From assembly GCA_038087875.1 (NCBI GenBank), contig JAXLNO010000438.1, forward strand, positions 496,001 through 560,000: a DNA stretch of 64,000 nt, read 5' to 3'. The notes below the pieces were generated by a model that worked only from the letters and a program-made list of their open reading frames with translations, was not told the origin of the DNA and made no database searches. Position numbers and translations under genes: made by a program. This DNA is from Malacoraja senta. Lineage: Eukaryota. Shown here piece after piece: positions 25,568 to 39,350 of this stretch. Every line of letters begins with the position of its first letter. Positions within the stretch are counted from its first letter, which is position 1.

Positions 25568-27110
25568 CCTGGAACACACTTCCAGTGGTGGGGGTGGAGG
25601 CAGATACAATTGTGGTGTTTAAGAGGCTTTTAGATAGGCACATGCATGTGCAGGGAATGGAAGGATATGTATCATATGCAGGCGGAGGAGATTAGTTTAA
25701 CTTGGGATCATGTTTGGCACAAACATTGCGGGCCTCAAGGCCTGTTCCTGTGTTGCACTGCTTTCTGTTTTATTTCTATGTATCAACACAACCCACGGCT
25801 ATTATCATTTTCATTCCTAAATTCCAGACATGATAACGTTTAAGCCTTCAATATAATTGATGGAAATACCAAGTTACTTTGCAAAGGATCACGGTACATC
25901 CAGTAATGTTTAAATTTAATCTAAGTGTGGTGTGTAATAGGTTTATGATCTACCATTATTACATTCATGTTTTCATGAAACGATATCCCAGAATATGATA
26001 TCCATTTAATTTCACTGGGTATGTTCACTCAACAATGGAACCAATAAGAAAACTTGGAGCTTCATCAAGATCTAATGTTATTCAGATGCACCTGTTGATA
26101 AATTGCTTATATGTTTTGGCACTTAATATGTAATGCCATATACACCTCAAAGAAAACTGAAAATTCACTGTTTCTTGGAAATTTATATCAGAACCTTGTC
26201 AAATTAAAGGAATGTGAAACTGGTATATGTGTCCAGAAATGAATGGCTTAATTTTAGATTTGAATGGGACTCAATTAACACAGAACAGGAATAATCATTC
26301 TGCAGGAGGTGGATGATACTCATTGAATAACGATTCCCGTTCAGCATGCTATTTCAAAACTCCTACATACTGTGTCGTCATGCCAACACACTCTGCAGCT
26401 CCCAAAACTCTACTTTTCAGTGCACTTTTTATAAAATACTACGATTAATGCTATTTATCTTCATTGCTCTGAAAATTGCAAAAAAAAAACATTGGTGTCC
26501 TTTTTAAATTAATCCACATCTTGCTGAAATAAATGTCACGTGATACTTTTGTGAGCCTCAATTGATCTTGAGGCCATAACAACCGTGTACAGTTTGGGTC
26601 AGCATGACCTGAATTGAATGCCATCCATGGCGAATGGTTGACTCAAATCAATTACAGAGCCATTGAGTTATAGAGCACAGAAACATGCATTTTTACACGT
26701 ATATGTTAACCATCAAGCACTTATCTATACTAACCTATTTTACTAGTTCTTCATCCATAGTTTACAATGCCTTGGCAATTCAAGTGCTTGTCCAGAATAC
26801 CAAACATACTGCTGCTTGAAACTATCCCAACGCTTTGATTTTTATTGAGAATTTATGGGTTATTTACATTTTTGCTCTGCAGAAACCAGCAGATGCCTGC
26901 ATTACATTACAACAACCGTTTTTCTTTTCTCCAATTCTCCTGAAAGAAATGGTTTATCCTGGGGTATGTCCATTACTCTGTACATTGCCAGAATGTCCTT
27001 TCACAATGTGTTAGCTTACATTTTCAAATACAATGATAGAAGTCGTATGAAGGTGATTAGCCACTATGTGCTAGTATAGGAACAAACTTCTTAGATTACA
27101 CCACTCCTAA

Positions 27111-27240
27111 AGGCTCTGTCCCACGGGTTTGCGGTCATTGGCGGTGTGCGTTTGACCGAACCCACGGTCTCTGGCGGTCCACGAGCGGTATATACTTCCT
27201 GTTTCACCGCCAATGACCGCAAACTCGTGAAGCAGGCCTT
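27111..27240. mobile_element. 130-bp Harbinger-like MITE, internally deleted relative of 6215-6824 in opposite orientation
   Basis: TAA on both flanks; inverted ends; reverse complement of the right end matches 6215-6290 (CAGGAAGT...ACCGCTCGTGGACCGCCAGAGACCG). Confidence 0.82.
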
Positions 27241-27771
27241 TAACTAAAGACACAAAAAAATGGGATACATTGAAACACATGGATGACCAGTGTGAGCTGG
27301 TCAATCAACTCATAAAAGGGAGACATTTCAAATCATGCCTCTAGAAATGTGAGATACCTCTGGTGGATTGTGTGCAGGTTTTTGTGAATGGACACGTTTT
27401 TCAAGCCGCAGATGCAGCACATGAGCATGGACCTGTTTAGCAATTGCCGCAGAGTAGGTCACGATGCCACCCAAAATGACAGCAGGGGTGGGAACAGTAG
27501 TAAGCACTGCTCCATGCAAGCTCCAAGGACCTGTGTTCAATTGTTACCTTGTGTCTGTGTGAAGTTTACACATTTGCCCAGGTTTCTTGAACTCCACATA
27601 GTCATGATGCGATGATCAATAAAGTGCATCAGTGTATTTCTTCGGTGTCTGAGAAGAATTGGTATATCAACAGATTTCTCTCAAACTTCAAAAGATGTGT
27701 TACAGAAGATTGACACAGGCAGCATTTCTGGAGAGAAAGAATCGGTGACATTTCGGGTCGAGACCCTTTTG

Positions 27772-28480
27772 ATGGGATGCATCTCAGCATAGCATGGCAT
27801 GGCAACTGCTCTGCTCATGAACACCTGAACCTGCAGAGTCCATCACAGGCTCATCACCTCTTTCCATCCAATCCATTTTTAAGGTGCATTGCATCAGGAA
27901 GGCTGGAGGTATCATCAAGGATGTCTGGTGCCCTGGTTGTTCCCTTTTCTCCCTTCTACCTTTCAGGTACAGATACAGGAACTTGATAGCCCAGATATTC
28001 ACACTTAAGAACAGCTTCTTCCTTACAGTTATCAGACTCCTGAACCAGTTACCTCTTTCCTCCTTAGATAACCGTAAGGAAGAACCTGTTCTTACTCTTA
28101 CTCTTAATGCTACCTCACTTAGTTATTACATTATTGCACTTTAGTATCTTTGGTACTGCTTGAGATTAGATTACAAGTTTTGCACCATTATGCTGTTTTG
28201 CATTTGTTGTTATATTTATTGTTGCACATTGTGCTTATTGGAGTCACAAAAGACTGCAGATGCTGGAATCGAGTAAAAGCCAAACTGCTGCAGGAACTCA
28301 GCGAGTCAGGCAGCATCTGTCAAGGGAAATGGGCACTCGACGTTTCGGGTCAAGACCCTTCTTTTCAGCTGTTTAATTCCTTCCACGGATTTTTTCTGGC
28401 TGTATTTATGGTTTACTCTATGAGCTTCATAAAAACTAAGAATTTCATTGCATTCGGATATAAATGATAACAAACTAATC
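27772..28480 (+). mobile_element. Decayed Rex1/Babar 3' end with an inserted Penelope pLTR arm (about 28245-28368)
   Basis: AWHGNCSAHEH.NLQ, LKNSFFLTVIRLLN; pLTR arm gatgctggaatc...ggaactcagcgagtcaggcagcatc...gacgtttcgggtcaagacccttc. Confidence 0.65.
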
Positions 28481-29579
28481 TAAATCTGACCATATGGGTT
28501 TTGGCCAGTGTTAGCTACTAAATTTCCCTTCAATATAAACAAAAAGCAAAAAAGAGGTTGGTACCAGGTGATAGAATAAGCTGGAGGACTACAGAAATAT
28601 AAGATGAGAGAGAATTGGATGAATGGAATTACCTCAAAGAGATGGACATTGTAGTTGGACAATTCAGGGAAGGGGGTCAGTGAAATTCTACAACACATTA
28701 TCATAAAAAAGGAGAAGGTATTAGATTTCCTAGCATGTTTATGGTGGATAAATCCCCAGGATCTGATGAAATGTATCCCAGACCACAATGGAAGTAAAGG
28801 GGGGGAAATGTTGTGGCCCTGGCAATGGTTTTTAAATGAGGTGCCAAATGACTGGAGGACAGTAAATGTGCATCTTTATTCAAGAAGTGCAATATGGCAA
28901 TTATAGGCCTGTGAGTCTAACATCAGAATTATTAGGAAAAAAACTGAGGAACAGGATTCATCTATACTTCAAAAGGGAGAGATTAAACTAAGAGAGATGG
29001 CAGGTCTTTGTTGAGGGAAATACTGGCTGGCTAACCTAATTGACATTTTTAAATAGGTAACAACATGTACTGATGAGTGTGTACAAGAACACACAGAACA
29101 CAGGAGTTGGAGTAGGCTACAAGGTCCCACATTCCTGTTCCACTGTTTAATGTAACATTGGCTGATCTATACTGGCCTCAACTCCTCTTTTGTACTAGGT
29201 TCCCAAATAGCCCCAGGGTTTCTTGATTTAAAAAAAAACGTATTTATCTGCACCTTAAAAATATCTAATGATCTGGCATCCACCACCCACAAGGGCAGAG
29301 AATCATGACTGAGGGAAGACGTTTCAATGCAATCTAAATGGAATTCAGCACGGACTTTAGCAAGTTACCTCATGGGAAGAGGTAAGAACCCTTGGAATCT
29401 AAGACAAGTTGGTAAACTGGATCCTAAATTGGAGGCGGAGACTGATGGTGGAAGATCAGTTTTGTAACGGGAAGCTTCTGACCCACGGTGTACCATTGGG
29501 ATTGATGCTTGGACCTTTATTATTTGTTATACACATGAATGATTTGGATGTGAATCTCAGTAGCATGATTTTTAAGTTG

Positions 29580-29714
29580 TTTAAGAAAGAACTGCAGATG
29601 CTTAAAAAATCGAAGGTAGACAAAAATTCTGGAGAAACTCAGCTGGTGAGGCAGTATCTATGGAGCGAAGGAATAGGTGACGTTTCGGGTCGAGACCCTT
29701 CTTCAGACTGAAGA
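29580..29714 (-). mobile_element. TSD-flanked Penelope pLTR mini-element
   Basis: Direct repeat ATTTTTAAGTTG at 29568-29579 and 29715-29726; one arm with intact hammerhead core, followed by the start of an inverted arm (CTGAAGA). Confidence 0.85.
29679..29706 (-). ncRNA. Minimal type-I hammerhead ribozyme core (Penelope-type)
   Basis: Minus strand CUGAAGA-A-GGGU[CUCG]ACCC-GAAA-CGUC: CUGANGA and GAAA boxes, 4-bp helix II, palindromic ACGU helix III, GUC cleavage triplet. Activity untested. Confidence 0.75.
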
Positions 29715-30654
29715 ATTTTTAAGTTGATCAGTTACCCTCATTAACCAGGGCACAGAATGCAAGAGTTTGCCACACTATGGAATGGGTGCAGAGATGATTA
29801 AGCCTGGGATTAAATGTTTCAGCGATGAGGAGAGACTGGATTTATTTTCCTTGAAGTGGCGGAGGCTGATAGAGACCTGACAGAATTATGAGGTGACGGG
29901 ATAGGAGAGATAGCAGGAAACATTTCATAGCAGAGGTATATACAACTAGATGGCACAGGTTTAGCTTTAAACATAGGAAATTTAGGGGGGATCTCAGGAA
30001 TAATATTCTTCATCTATAGAGAGGATGAAATCTGGAGCCCCAATGTCTGGGTGAATGGTGAAGGCAGGTACTGTCTGAACATTTAATAGTTATCAAGACA
30101 AGCACATGAGTCACAAAGGAATTGAAAGCTATGGACCAAACTTTGATAAATGGCATTAATGTAGATGAGTACGTGATGGCCAGCATGGATATGGTGGGCC
30201 AAAGGGCCTGTCTCTGTGCTGTGTGACTCTTTGTTGTTGCAGCGGGCAAAATGGCCTCATTATGTGTCATAATCACCAAATGTAAGATCTAGGCATAAAC
30301 CGAGGCAAAAACAACTTTGGTTCTTGTTGTATCCAAGCTTGAGATCTCAGCATAAGTTGGGGGGAAATAAGCGATCATATTTACGTCTCTCCCTTCCATT
30401 AAAAAAGAGAGTTGACCTTGAAATACCAAGCTCACCGTCTGTTGTGAGGAAAAGGGTTATTGTGAGGAAGACAATTATTTTCATAACTCCCCTGAGAGGA
30501 GCAATTGTGATATGTTTGGTTCCTCAAAGTCAAGCTGGCTAACAGCAGAAAAGTGACAGAATGCCAGATGGAAGGATCCAATTGTAAAGAAATTGAGATA
30601 AACATAGAAAAGATTGGAAAAACTCAACAGATCAGGCATATCACCAATAACTTC

Positions 30655-31303
30655 TCCTAGACCACCCATATTGAAGCAACTACCAAGAAAGCACACCAAC
30701 GCCTCTACTTCCTCAGAAGTTCTTAGGAAGTAAGAACATGTCATCAACAACTCTCAACAACTTCTACAGATGGACCATAGAAAGCATTTTATCAAGCTGC
30801 ATCACGGCTTGGTTTGGGAACATCTCCATCCAAGATGGCAAGAAATTGCAGCAAATTGTGGACGCAGCCCAGACCATCACACGAACCAACCTCCTTTCTA
30901 TTGACTCAATTTTTACCTCAAGCTGCCTCGGCAAGGGCAGCAGCATAAACAAAGATGAGTTAAACCCTGGCCACTCCCTCTTCTCCCCTCTCCAATCAGG
31001 CAAAAGTTATAGAAGTGTGAAACAAACACAGATTCAGGAACATTTTCTTCCCAGCTTTTTTCAGGCAACTGAATCATCCTACCACAACTAGAAAGCAGTG
31101 CTGGACTACTATCTACCTCATTGGTGACCCTCAGATTATCCTTTTTTGACTTTACCTTGCACTAAACGTTATTCCCTTCTCATGTATCTTTTCATTGTAA
31201 ATAGATCGATTGTAATCGTGTATTGTCTTTCTGCTGACTGATTAGCATGCAACAAAAGTTTTTCACCGTACCTCGATACATGTGACACTAAACTAAACTG
31301 AAC
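30655..31303 (+). mobile_element. Rex1/Babar LINE 3' end
   Basis: KKAHQRLYFLR, LNNFYRWTIESILSSCITAWFGN...GKKLQQIVDAAQTI, HSLFSPLQSGKSYRS; tail CATGTGACACTAAACTAAAC. Confidence 0.88.
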
Positions 31304-32517
31304 GGAGTATCTGTGGAAAGTGTCAATGTTTCAGACATTGTCAAAGGGAAATGAAATTGAAGGTAGTTTTTCCTGTAGAATGCAAGTTGCGGTTGTTCAG
31401 CTAGAAGTTGATAGTTCTTCAATGCTGGGGAAATACAGCATTCTGAGATGCCGACTATAGGTATGACATTCTTTGTCTCCAACCCCAGTGAATGGGGGTG
31501 AATAAGTAGGGAGCAAGTCACCATCTGTGATGCCTGTAAAGGGAAATGGGACCAAGGTTCAATCCTTTCCCTCTCAATAACTATTTCAATGATGAAAGAG
31601 AACCACACCTCCTCAGTAGAGGGTGCAGATTTTTATTTGAAATGGTGGCTCCTAAAAGTCCATTTAGAGGCTACTGTTAGATTAATTTGGTTAACAATCC
31701 AGCATCCAGGCAAAGTCTCAAATCCTTCAAAGAAATTGTCAAAAACAGGAGAAAATGTATTTTTCTCGTTGAGTTTTGCTTGATATACACGTTAATCAGT
31801 AACAAGATTATAGTTGGTTGACAAACCAAGTGTTCTGAGCAGATTAGAAAAACACCTCTTACTGGCCTCTAGCCTGCAAAGGGTGGGTGTGCTTTCCTAA
31901 ACAAAAGCGTTCACTGAGATTGGTTGACCTTTTAGGTACAAGATCATTAGTTTAGTTAATTTTAGAAGCTGTCAAGATGAAAAACAGTTATTTCTATCAC
32001 CACCAAAATATCACACAGCCAAGTATTAAAACAATACATTCTCAAAATGGCGTGAAAACAAGACCGTTCTTTAGTTGCCACAAGTCACTCAGGCCTATTA
32101 TTAGTAAGGGTACGTTTCTGCCTGTGTGATTTTGTAAATGAGCTGCTAACATTATTGATCCATTTCTGGTTACCAGCATGACAAAAGAATAGATTCCTGA
32201 AAAATACAAAACTATGCAATTCAGATTGGTGAGATTAAAATCTGTTTTCATCACTTATATTTAAAATTGATTTAATTTTCTAATCTAACCAAGTGGAAAA
32301 ATGTACACAGCAGTGACACAAGAGACTGCAGATGCTGAAATCTGTTTGTTGCTCATTTTACACAGCACTTACCAGTGTAGATTGTTAATCAATAGCACCA
32401 CAGAACATGTAAAGTGCCATGGCTGTGTTACCATTAACATATGTGTTATGTGATTTCATAAATTAGAGCATTCAGAGCATTTGTCTAACCATTCAATGCA
32501 CAATAGTAACAGAGTAA

Positions 32518-32755
32518 AGGGCCTGTCCCACTTTCACGACATAATTCACAACGTTTTTTACTCGTGGACATTTTTCATCATGTTGAAAAAACGCCCCGAC
32601 CTGCTTGATGCCACGAGTACGTGCGACTAGCATCACAACCTGCCTACGACATACTTACGACCTCCTACGACCTCGTGACGACCATCCTGCGAGTACGAGT
32701 CAAGGGCAAACTCGGCAGAGGTTGTGAATTAGGTCGCGAAAGTGGGACAGGCCCT
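32518..32755. mobile_element. Harbinger-like MITE
   Basis: AGGGCCTGTCCCACTTTCACGAC ... GTCGCGAAAGTGGGACAGGCCCT; TAA TSD both sides; internal ACGAC repeats. Confidence 0.88.
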
Positions 32756-33288
32756 TAACAACCCCAGAATCTAAGCTGGAAAACATTTCCAAGTGTAAAT
32801 TAGAATGGAAATAGACAAGACACAAAACAGCTTTATTGTTTTAACGATTCTGGAAAGAAACTGAAGATTCATTCTTTGATTATGTTTCCATATGCACCAC
32901 CCAATGCTGGCAAAAGCCAGGAAGAGAGATTCTGTGAGGGTTCGCCATTAAAAGCAGCACAAACATGGAAAATGGTTGGTTTTCCTGAGGTTCCAGCAAA
33001 TAAACAGGAGAGTACCCATGGGGAGATAATGGAATTGGCTCTTTCCATAGCATGGGACAGGAAGTTATGAAGTCAAACACCAACACTGGCCTACTGGGTC
33101 AAATGGTCTATTCCTGTGCTCTCCATTTTATGTGATGAGGAAGATAACTTGCATGCAGAGACCAGAAGCAAGATTCAGAAGCAGCTAACATTCTGAAATG
33201 GAATTGTAAATGGCAGTAACAAGGTTAGGTGAAAAAGCATGCATGGAGAGAATTTACTTGGAATCATAAAGAGTGTCTGCTCGGTATT

Positions 33289-33377
33289 GGGGAAAGAGGA
33301 GAGGGGAGGGGAGGGGAAGGGGAGAGGAAGGGGAGGGAAGGGGAGGGAAGGGGAGGGAAGGGGAGGGAAGGGGAGGA
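33289..33377 (+). repeat. Polypurine (GGGGAGGGAA)n simple repeat
   Basis: Direct reading. Confidence 0.95.
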
Positions 33378-34953
33378 CTCCCAGGTGGGGAAGCCTGAGG
33401 TTTCTAGTACTCCTGCAGAATTTAACTCAATACGCTTTTCAAATGTTTTTAGCAGGTTTCTCATCTAATAGCTTAGGAATATAACAGTCAGATGAGGAGG
33501 TATTTCCACAGCCGATATTATGTAAGAGGGAGATTGTGATGGAAGAAGGAGATTGTGATGGAAGTCTGATTTGTAGATTAGAAAGATGAGTGTGGAATTG
33601 GAAATTGTGGTGGGTGACTGAAGTTCAGGTATCCAGGGAGTGCCATAGATCATGTAAGGCATGTAGATTTGGAAATCAGGCAGATGTGGACATCAGAGAT
33701 CCATATAAATGGGACGCCCTACAGATCCCAGGAAGCATGGGATGCTCGAAATAGCAGTGCTCATGGTGGAGAGTGAAACCTTTGGAGATCAAAGGGGACA
33801 TACAGACACCACAGATTTTGGGAACAGTGTACGGTGGATTGTACAGCCAGGGATATTGACATGGGTTGGTTCGGAAATTGTTTAAAATTATGGTCATTTA
33901 GGAGGGACACCTCCAGCTTTTTTTGGCCTATGAGCAACAATGCAAACATGCTTCCTGATGTTCAAAAACCTTCTTACCTCTTTTTAACTGTTGGAATTTT
34001 TGAGCTTTGAGAAAACATGGGTTAAACATTAATATTTGTTAAAATAAATAACTTCAGCCTCCTTAAAAGATTTTGCTAATCAACTCACATCCTCAGGGAA
34101 GATTGCTTGGCAACCACCATTCCCTATTCCAATAAGTGGAAGTGGAACTTTGGAGGATTGTATGGTTTGGAACGGGAATTGAAATTCATTATTTTTTTGG
34201 CTAACACCTGCCTGCATTACTTTCCTGTTTCTTGGGGTTACATTTTTTCTCAACGTTCGAGGTCAAGGAGCTTTTATTAGATGCAAAATGTGTTCGAGAA
34301 GAACATCTTTTAAGCAAATGCTAAGCCAGAAGGGAAAGAAGAGAGGTGTGTGACAGAGTGATGATGGAGTGTGGCAAAATGAAATGACGAGGCAAAGACA
34401 AAAACATGGGTTAGGTCCAGAGGATGTGAAAATGATTGCAAGAGTTTAGCATAGAAAAAAACAGCAGGGAAAAATCACGAAATGGCTTAGTTTATCTCTC
34501 CATGCCACGTGTCCATTTACACAAAGACTTCTCCATATTAGTAGAGTCATAGGAATCCACTTTGAACAACACAGTCTATAGCACATGGACAAACTAGGCT
34601 CACTTCAGCTGTTGTGCATACCACGAATGTTCAGGTCAGGAGTACTCCCAAATATCGAGTTTCCTATAGAAAGCTGGGTGGATTACAATTACTGCTGGAG
34701 TGTAATGTTTTTCTTTTACATATGAATTCCCCTTGTCATCATTTACATTTACTCAGATTGTGGAAAACAACCTTTAAAAAAAAAAAAAGCAATCATGTAT
34801 GTGTGAAATGCAATCCTCCAAATGCTTTGAATTAGTCACAAGGTTTGACTTGTTTTTCAGAATCTTGTTTTTGAATATGCTGGTGCATGCATATCAAAAT
34901 CAAATGTGTTAAGCTTACTAGTTGCACATGTGGGGACATATAAACTGCTACTT

Positions 34954-35263
34954 TTAGTTTAGTTCAGAGATACGTTGCGGAAACCGAGATACGTTTCAGA
35001 CCACCGAGTCTGTGCCGACTAGCGATCCCTGCACTCTAACACTATCCTACACACACTAGGGACAATTTACATTTACACCAAGCCAATTAATTTACAAACC
35101 CTGTGTGTCTTTGGAGTGTGGGAGGAAACCGGAGATCCTGGAGAAATCCCATGTAGGTCACGGGGAGAACGTACAAATGCCGTACAGGCAAGTACCCGTA
35201 ATGAGGATCAAACCCAGGCTCTGTATGGGCTGAAACTCTACCACTGCACAACCGCACCACCCT
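34954..35263 (-). mobile_element. HE1/V-SINE-like SINE
   Basis: Same family as 15925-16249. Confidence 0.85.
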
Positions 35264-35909
35264 GTACATGGGAAATAGTCACACAATTATTAATGAATGT
35301 TTCATTCTGCTCCTTCAGCTGAGAAAGAAAATAACAAGAGCTGGCCATTAACCCCATCATTCATATATTGTTCAAAGGACTATATGTTTTTATTTAAATA
35401 ATATAATCCATAACACGATGTGCTAATCGAGTGGGGTTGTGGAACCATTATGTATTATTTAAAGCATTTCCTCCTGTTACAGACAAGTGGATGCCTATTA
35501 ATTCATTGTGAAATCTTGGAAGAGAACCCAAAGGAAGTGAATTCCGATGGGGATTTTTCCCATCATTTGCTGCAGAATAGCCATGGAAACCAAAGAAAAA
35601 TGTAATTTTTCAGGATTTGTGCAGCTGCAAATTATCAGATGATCAGACTTTATACAAACATTCCCCTCACTTGCTTTAAGGATTCCTGTCCAAATATTTG
35701 GTGAGCAGTGTGGACACATACAAGCTATCTCTTTGTTTTTAAATATCTTTTTCAAAACCAATCAGGGAAAATATACAGTAGTAAATAGAGTGTGAAACTC
35801 CAGACCATTGTACATATAAAAGAAGAATTATACTTAGGCAGGTCCCAAATCTTGAGTGCCTCTGGTGATTAGAGTGCAATGGAGAATCAGTCAACAAATG
35901 ATCCATCAA

Positions 35910-36021
35910 TGTTGGAGAAACTCAGTGGGTGAGGCAGCATCGATGGAGCGAAGGAATAGGTGACGTTTCTGGTCGAGACCCTTCTTCAGACTGATGTGGG
36001 GGTGGGGGGGCGGGAAGAAGG
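35910..36021 (-). mobile_element. Penelope pLTR fragment with hammerhead-like core (35962-35989)
   Basis: Minus strand CTGAAGAAGGGTCTCGACCAGAAACGTC; one helix II mismatch. Confidence 0.75.
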
Positions 36022-36904
36022 TATCACTGATGTAGTCATATTATTGATGTCATTGCTATAGATTCTAGTGGTGTTGTCGTATGTTCACAAAAAGATTGCA
36101 TATTGTTAATTATCCATCTTATAAACCTTTGAGATCAGTTCTCGGGTTGTTTGGCTCGTGAGAGTTCAATTTTATCCAGACTGCCTCCTACTTTGTGCTG
36201 TAAGATGAGGAATCATTCTTGTGACTTTGTTCTGCATTGAATTCAATGCTTGAATGAGCACCTCAGGCTATAGAAGCAGAAATGAACATGGTGCTCAAAG
36301 TTTGGCCTGACCCTGTGTACTATTCAGATTAATCGCAAGTTCCTCTGACTTGTATTTCGCAGTGTTAGTAATGTATTATAACATTCCATGACTGTTGTTT
36401 GCAGTGTTTCAAATGTACTTGAATCTTGTTAAGTTACTGTATCACCTCTGCTCCATCAGCATTTAGCATCTGTAACTATATTTTTGTTGGCTTCTCTTAG
36501 TGAATGTTTCACCCTTGAAACAGGTTTATGGACATTCCTACATTCATTACAGCATTTGCAAAGAAAAGGATGGGAATTTTGTTCTTTCCCTTGCAAAATA
36601 ACTACATTTTCCTCTTTACTTTCCTTTTTTTTTTTTTTTCTTAAAATGCTATTTGGGACCTTTAATGTTTACTCCTAGTTAGATCATATTTAGATTAGAG
36701 CAACTATACGAAGGCACCATGTCCAAAGTTTGAAGCTAGGTTATAAGTTAGGGTGTTGGCCGGTGAATGTTTTAAAACCTGCCAGCAGTGGTTACAATAT
36801 GGTCCATTGTCTGGTGTTTGTGCCTGCAACTAAAAGTGGGTTTGATTTTCTTGTGGTAGTAAAGGCGGCTGGAACTCCCATGGGAAGCTTGACAGATGAA
36901 ATTC

Positions 36905-38327
36905 ACATGGCCATATAGCACGGAAAGAGGCCCTTCAGCTCAGTCAAAAGTGATCATCAAATATGTACTTAATCCGAATTTATTCTCCCTGCATACTTCT
37001 GAAACACTGCCTAGATCCTATCACTCAACTACACGTTCTGAGCATTTTACAACTTACTGAAACCTATATGTTTGGGATATGGCAGGATCACTTGAAAGAA
37101 ACCAATTCAGTCATATGGAGCATGCATACTCCACGCAGGCAGCAGTCTTGCTAGTTCAGTTTGGTTTGGAGATACAGCACGGAAACTGGCCCTTCAGCTC
37201 ACCGAGTCCACACCGACCAGGGATCTCTGCACACAAACATTATCCTACACACACTAGGGACAATTTACAATTTTACCAATTAGCCTACAAACCTGTACGT
37301 CTTTGACAGGAAACGGGAGCACCCGGAGAAAACCCACACAGGTCATGGGCAGAACGTAAAAACTCCATACAGACAGCACCCGTATTCAGGATTGAACCCA
37401 GGTCTCTGGCAATGTAAAGCAGCTACTCTACTGCTGCACCATTGTGCCGCCCACTGCCACACATTTGAGGATTGCCCATGGGTCTTCGCAATGATACCAG
37501 GGAACAGTGGGAATCTGACAACTTACTCTGAGTTTAGTTTTAAGGATACAGCATGAAAACTGGCGCTTTAGCCCACTGAGTCCATGCTGACCATCAATGA
37601 CTCGTTCACACTAGATCTATGTTATCCCACAAGAAGGGCTCTGACCGCTGGCCCGCGGCTGATAACATTCTGAAGCCGCGGTCTGCAGAGCTTCTAGCTT
37701 ACCATCTGGAGCCTGGGATACCTCGCCAGGGATTGCCGGAGAAGAGCTCCGACCGCCGGCCTGCGGCCTATAACATCCTGAAGCAGCAGCTTCCGGTAGG
37801 AAAGTGCTGATTCGGGACCTCCAAGCCGCGGAGTGTGTTTCACCGTCCCGACGTCGGGGTTTAGATCATCTCGACGAGATGGCCTGTAAATCGAGGGCTG
37901 TCTGTAGCGGCGACTACGGAGAGTCTATGGCCCCGACCACGGGAACAAGGGAGGAGGACTGGCTGAACTTTGTTGCCTTTCACCTCAGTGAAGAATGCTG
38001 TGGTGGATGTTTGTGTTCAATTTTATTGTGTATCGTGTGTTCTTTTTAAGTGTATCGCTGCTGGCAAATTCATTTCAATGTATGTGCATGTGACGAATAA
38101 AATTGACTTTGACATTCTCATCCACTCCCTGCGCACTAGGGGCAATTTATAGAGGCTAATCAACCTACAAATCTACAGATCCATGAGAAACTGGATCATC
38201 TGGAGGAAAACCATGTGGTCACAGGGAGAACATGCAAACTCTGTATAGACAGTATCCAAGGTTAGTTTCAAACACAGGTCTCGGTCACAGTAAGGCAGCA
38301 GCTACACCAGCTGCACCACTCTACCAT
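36905..38327 (-). mobile_element. Cluster of three HE1/V-SINE-like SINEs (36905-37130 old; 37151-37452; 37531-38327 interrupted)
   Basis: Repeated family motifs gatacagcacggaaactggccc, ctagggacaatttac, caggattgaacccaggtctctggc. Confidence 0.8.
37631..38113 (+). mobile_element. GC-rich non-autonomous retroposon with Rex1-type tail, inserted in a SINE
   Basis: Host SINE rejoins (gttatcccac|attctcatcc); GGCCCCGACCACGGG...GGACTGG...GCCTT hairpin block; tail CATGTGACGAATAAAATTGACTTTGAC. Confidence 0.72.
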
Positions 38328-38477
38328 CATTTCTCCTCTATCACAAAATGAAGAACACACGACTAACATTGCCAGCTGCCCACAAGGATTCATGATGAGT
38401 GTGCCCTGATCCACAACTGATGTTTAGTCTGAGTGAGTTAATTCTAGATATGTACCTCACATAATGATATCAATTCA

Positions 38478-38930
38478 TTTAAATATCTTCTCAATCTGAT
38501 ACGTATTTAGCGTATTCCCATCTTCCATTGATCCAAAGATAATCAATTCTGTATTCGGTTCCAGTCTTCTATTAAATAATTTTGTAAAAATTTCAAAAAT
38601 GTCATTCCAGAATTTATGAAGTTTTATACAGGAGACAAAAGAGTGTGTTATAGTGGCATTCTCAGCTAAGCATTTATCACATATTGGAGAGATATTTGGA
38701 TAACATTTATTCAATCTAGTTTTCGAGTAATATAGTCTATGTAAAATTTTGAATTGGATTAAATTATATTTTACATTAATCGAACATTTATGTATATATA
38801 TCAGGTATTTTTCCCATGCTTCTTTCTCAATTTTTATCTGTAATTCTTGTTCCCAATTTTCTCTAATTGCCTCTGTCAATGGAGGTTCTATATTTAAAAT
38901 AATATTATATAAGTATGATATTAAATTTTT
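38478..38930 (-). mobile_element. Internal L1 ORF2 fragment (C-terminal zinc-knuckle region)
   Basis: NLISYLYNIILN...QFKILHRLYYSK...CDKCLAENATITHSFVSC; homologous to the 59798-61279 ORF. Confidence 0.9.
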
Positions 38931-39350
38931 TTGAGTGCAGCACATTTAATTTGAGCTATAAGAGTTTTGCAGGGCTTTTAACAAGGTTTTGTTTGATAAA
39001 ATAATCAGTAAAGAGAAAACCAGTGGGAACTAACAGGAAGTAGAAGGTGGAAACAAAAGCGTTTCAGTGGCAATAAGCAAAGAGAACTGATCACTTTGTA
39101 TTGAAGTGAATGGTAGGTTGTTCCCAGTTGCGAGTACTGGGTAACTATTTTTGCATGTATCAAACATTGAGATGTGCAGTTGAAAGTGAAGAATGGTGGA
39201 GTTTGCTTTTTCTCCCTGTAACATTGTGGGTTTCTTTCAGATGATGCAGATTCCTCCCACATCCTATGATATATGCTAAAGGGCCTGTCCCACTTGGCCA
39301 TCATTTGCGTGCCATTTACGTGACCTGGTAGCGTGTGGGTAGCGTGTGGG

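Larger units (their letters stand above)
20330..25775 (+). mobile_element. CR1 LINE ORF2 (RT to 3' end) split by three nested insertions
   Basis: Collinear pieces 20330-20476 (IKVDKSPGLDGIYPR), 22283-23051 (WVEKFKMEF..CELLHF..LGVQVHSSLK), 23993-24400, and 25568-25775 (tail). Confidence 0.85.
28670..30232 (+). mobile_element. Decayed CR1 LINE with nested CR1 tail (29085-29330, minus) and a Penelope unit
   Basis: VDKSPGSDE, EVPNDWRT, GVPLGLMLGPLLFVIHMNDLD; tail ggtgggccaaagggcctgtctctgtgctgt. Confidence 0.8.

Noticed and set aside
33289..33377. Functional G-quadruplex or H-DNA element (also 41575-41702)
   Set aside because: Ordinary polypurine microsatellite; no evidence of function.
33450..33950. 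Possible decayed retroelement or exon
   Set aside because: No diagnostic motif could be read in any frame; left unannotated.
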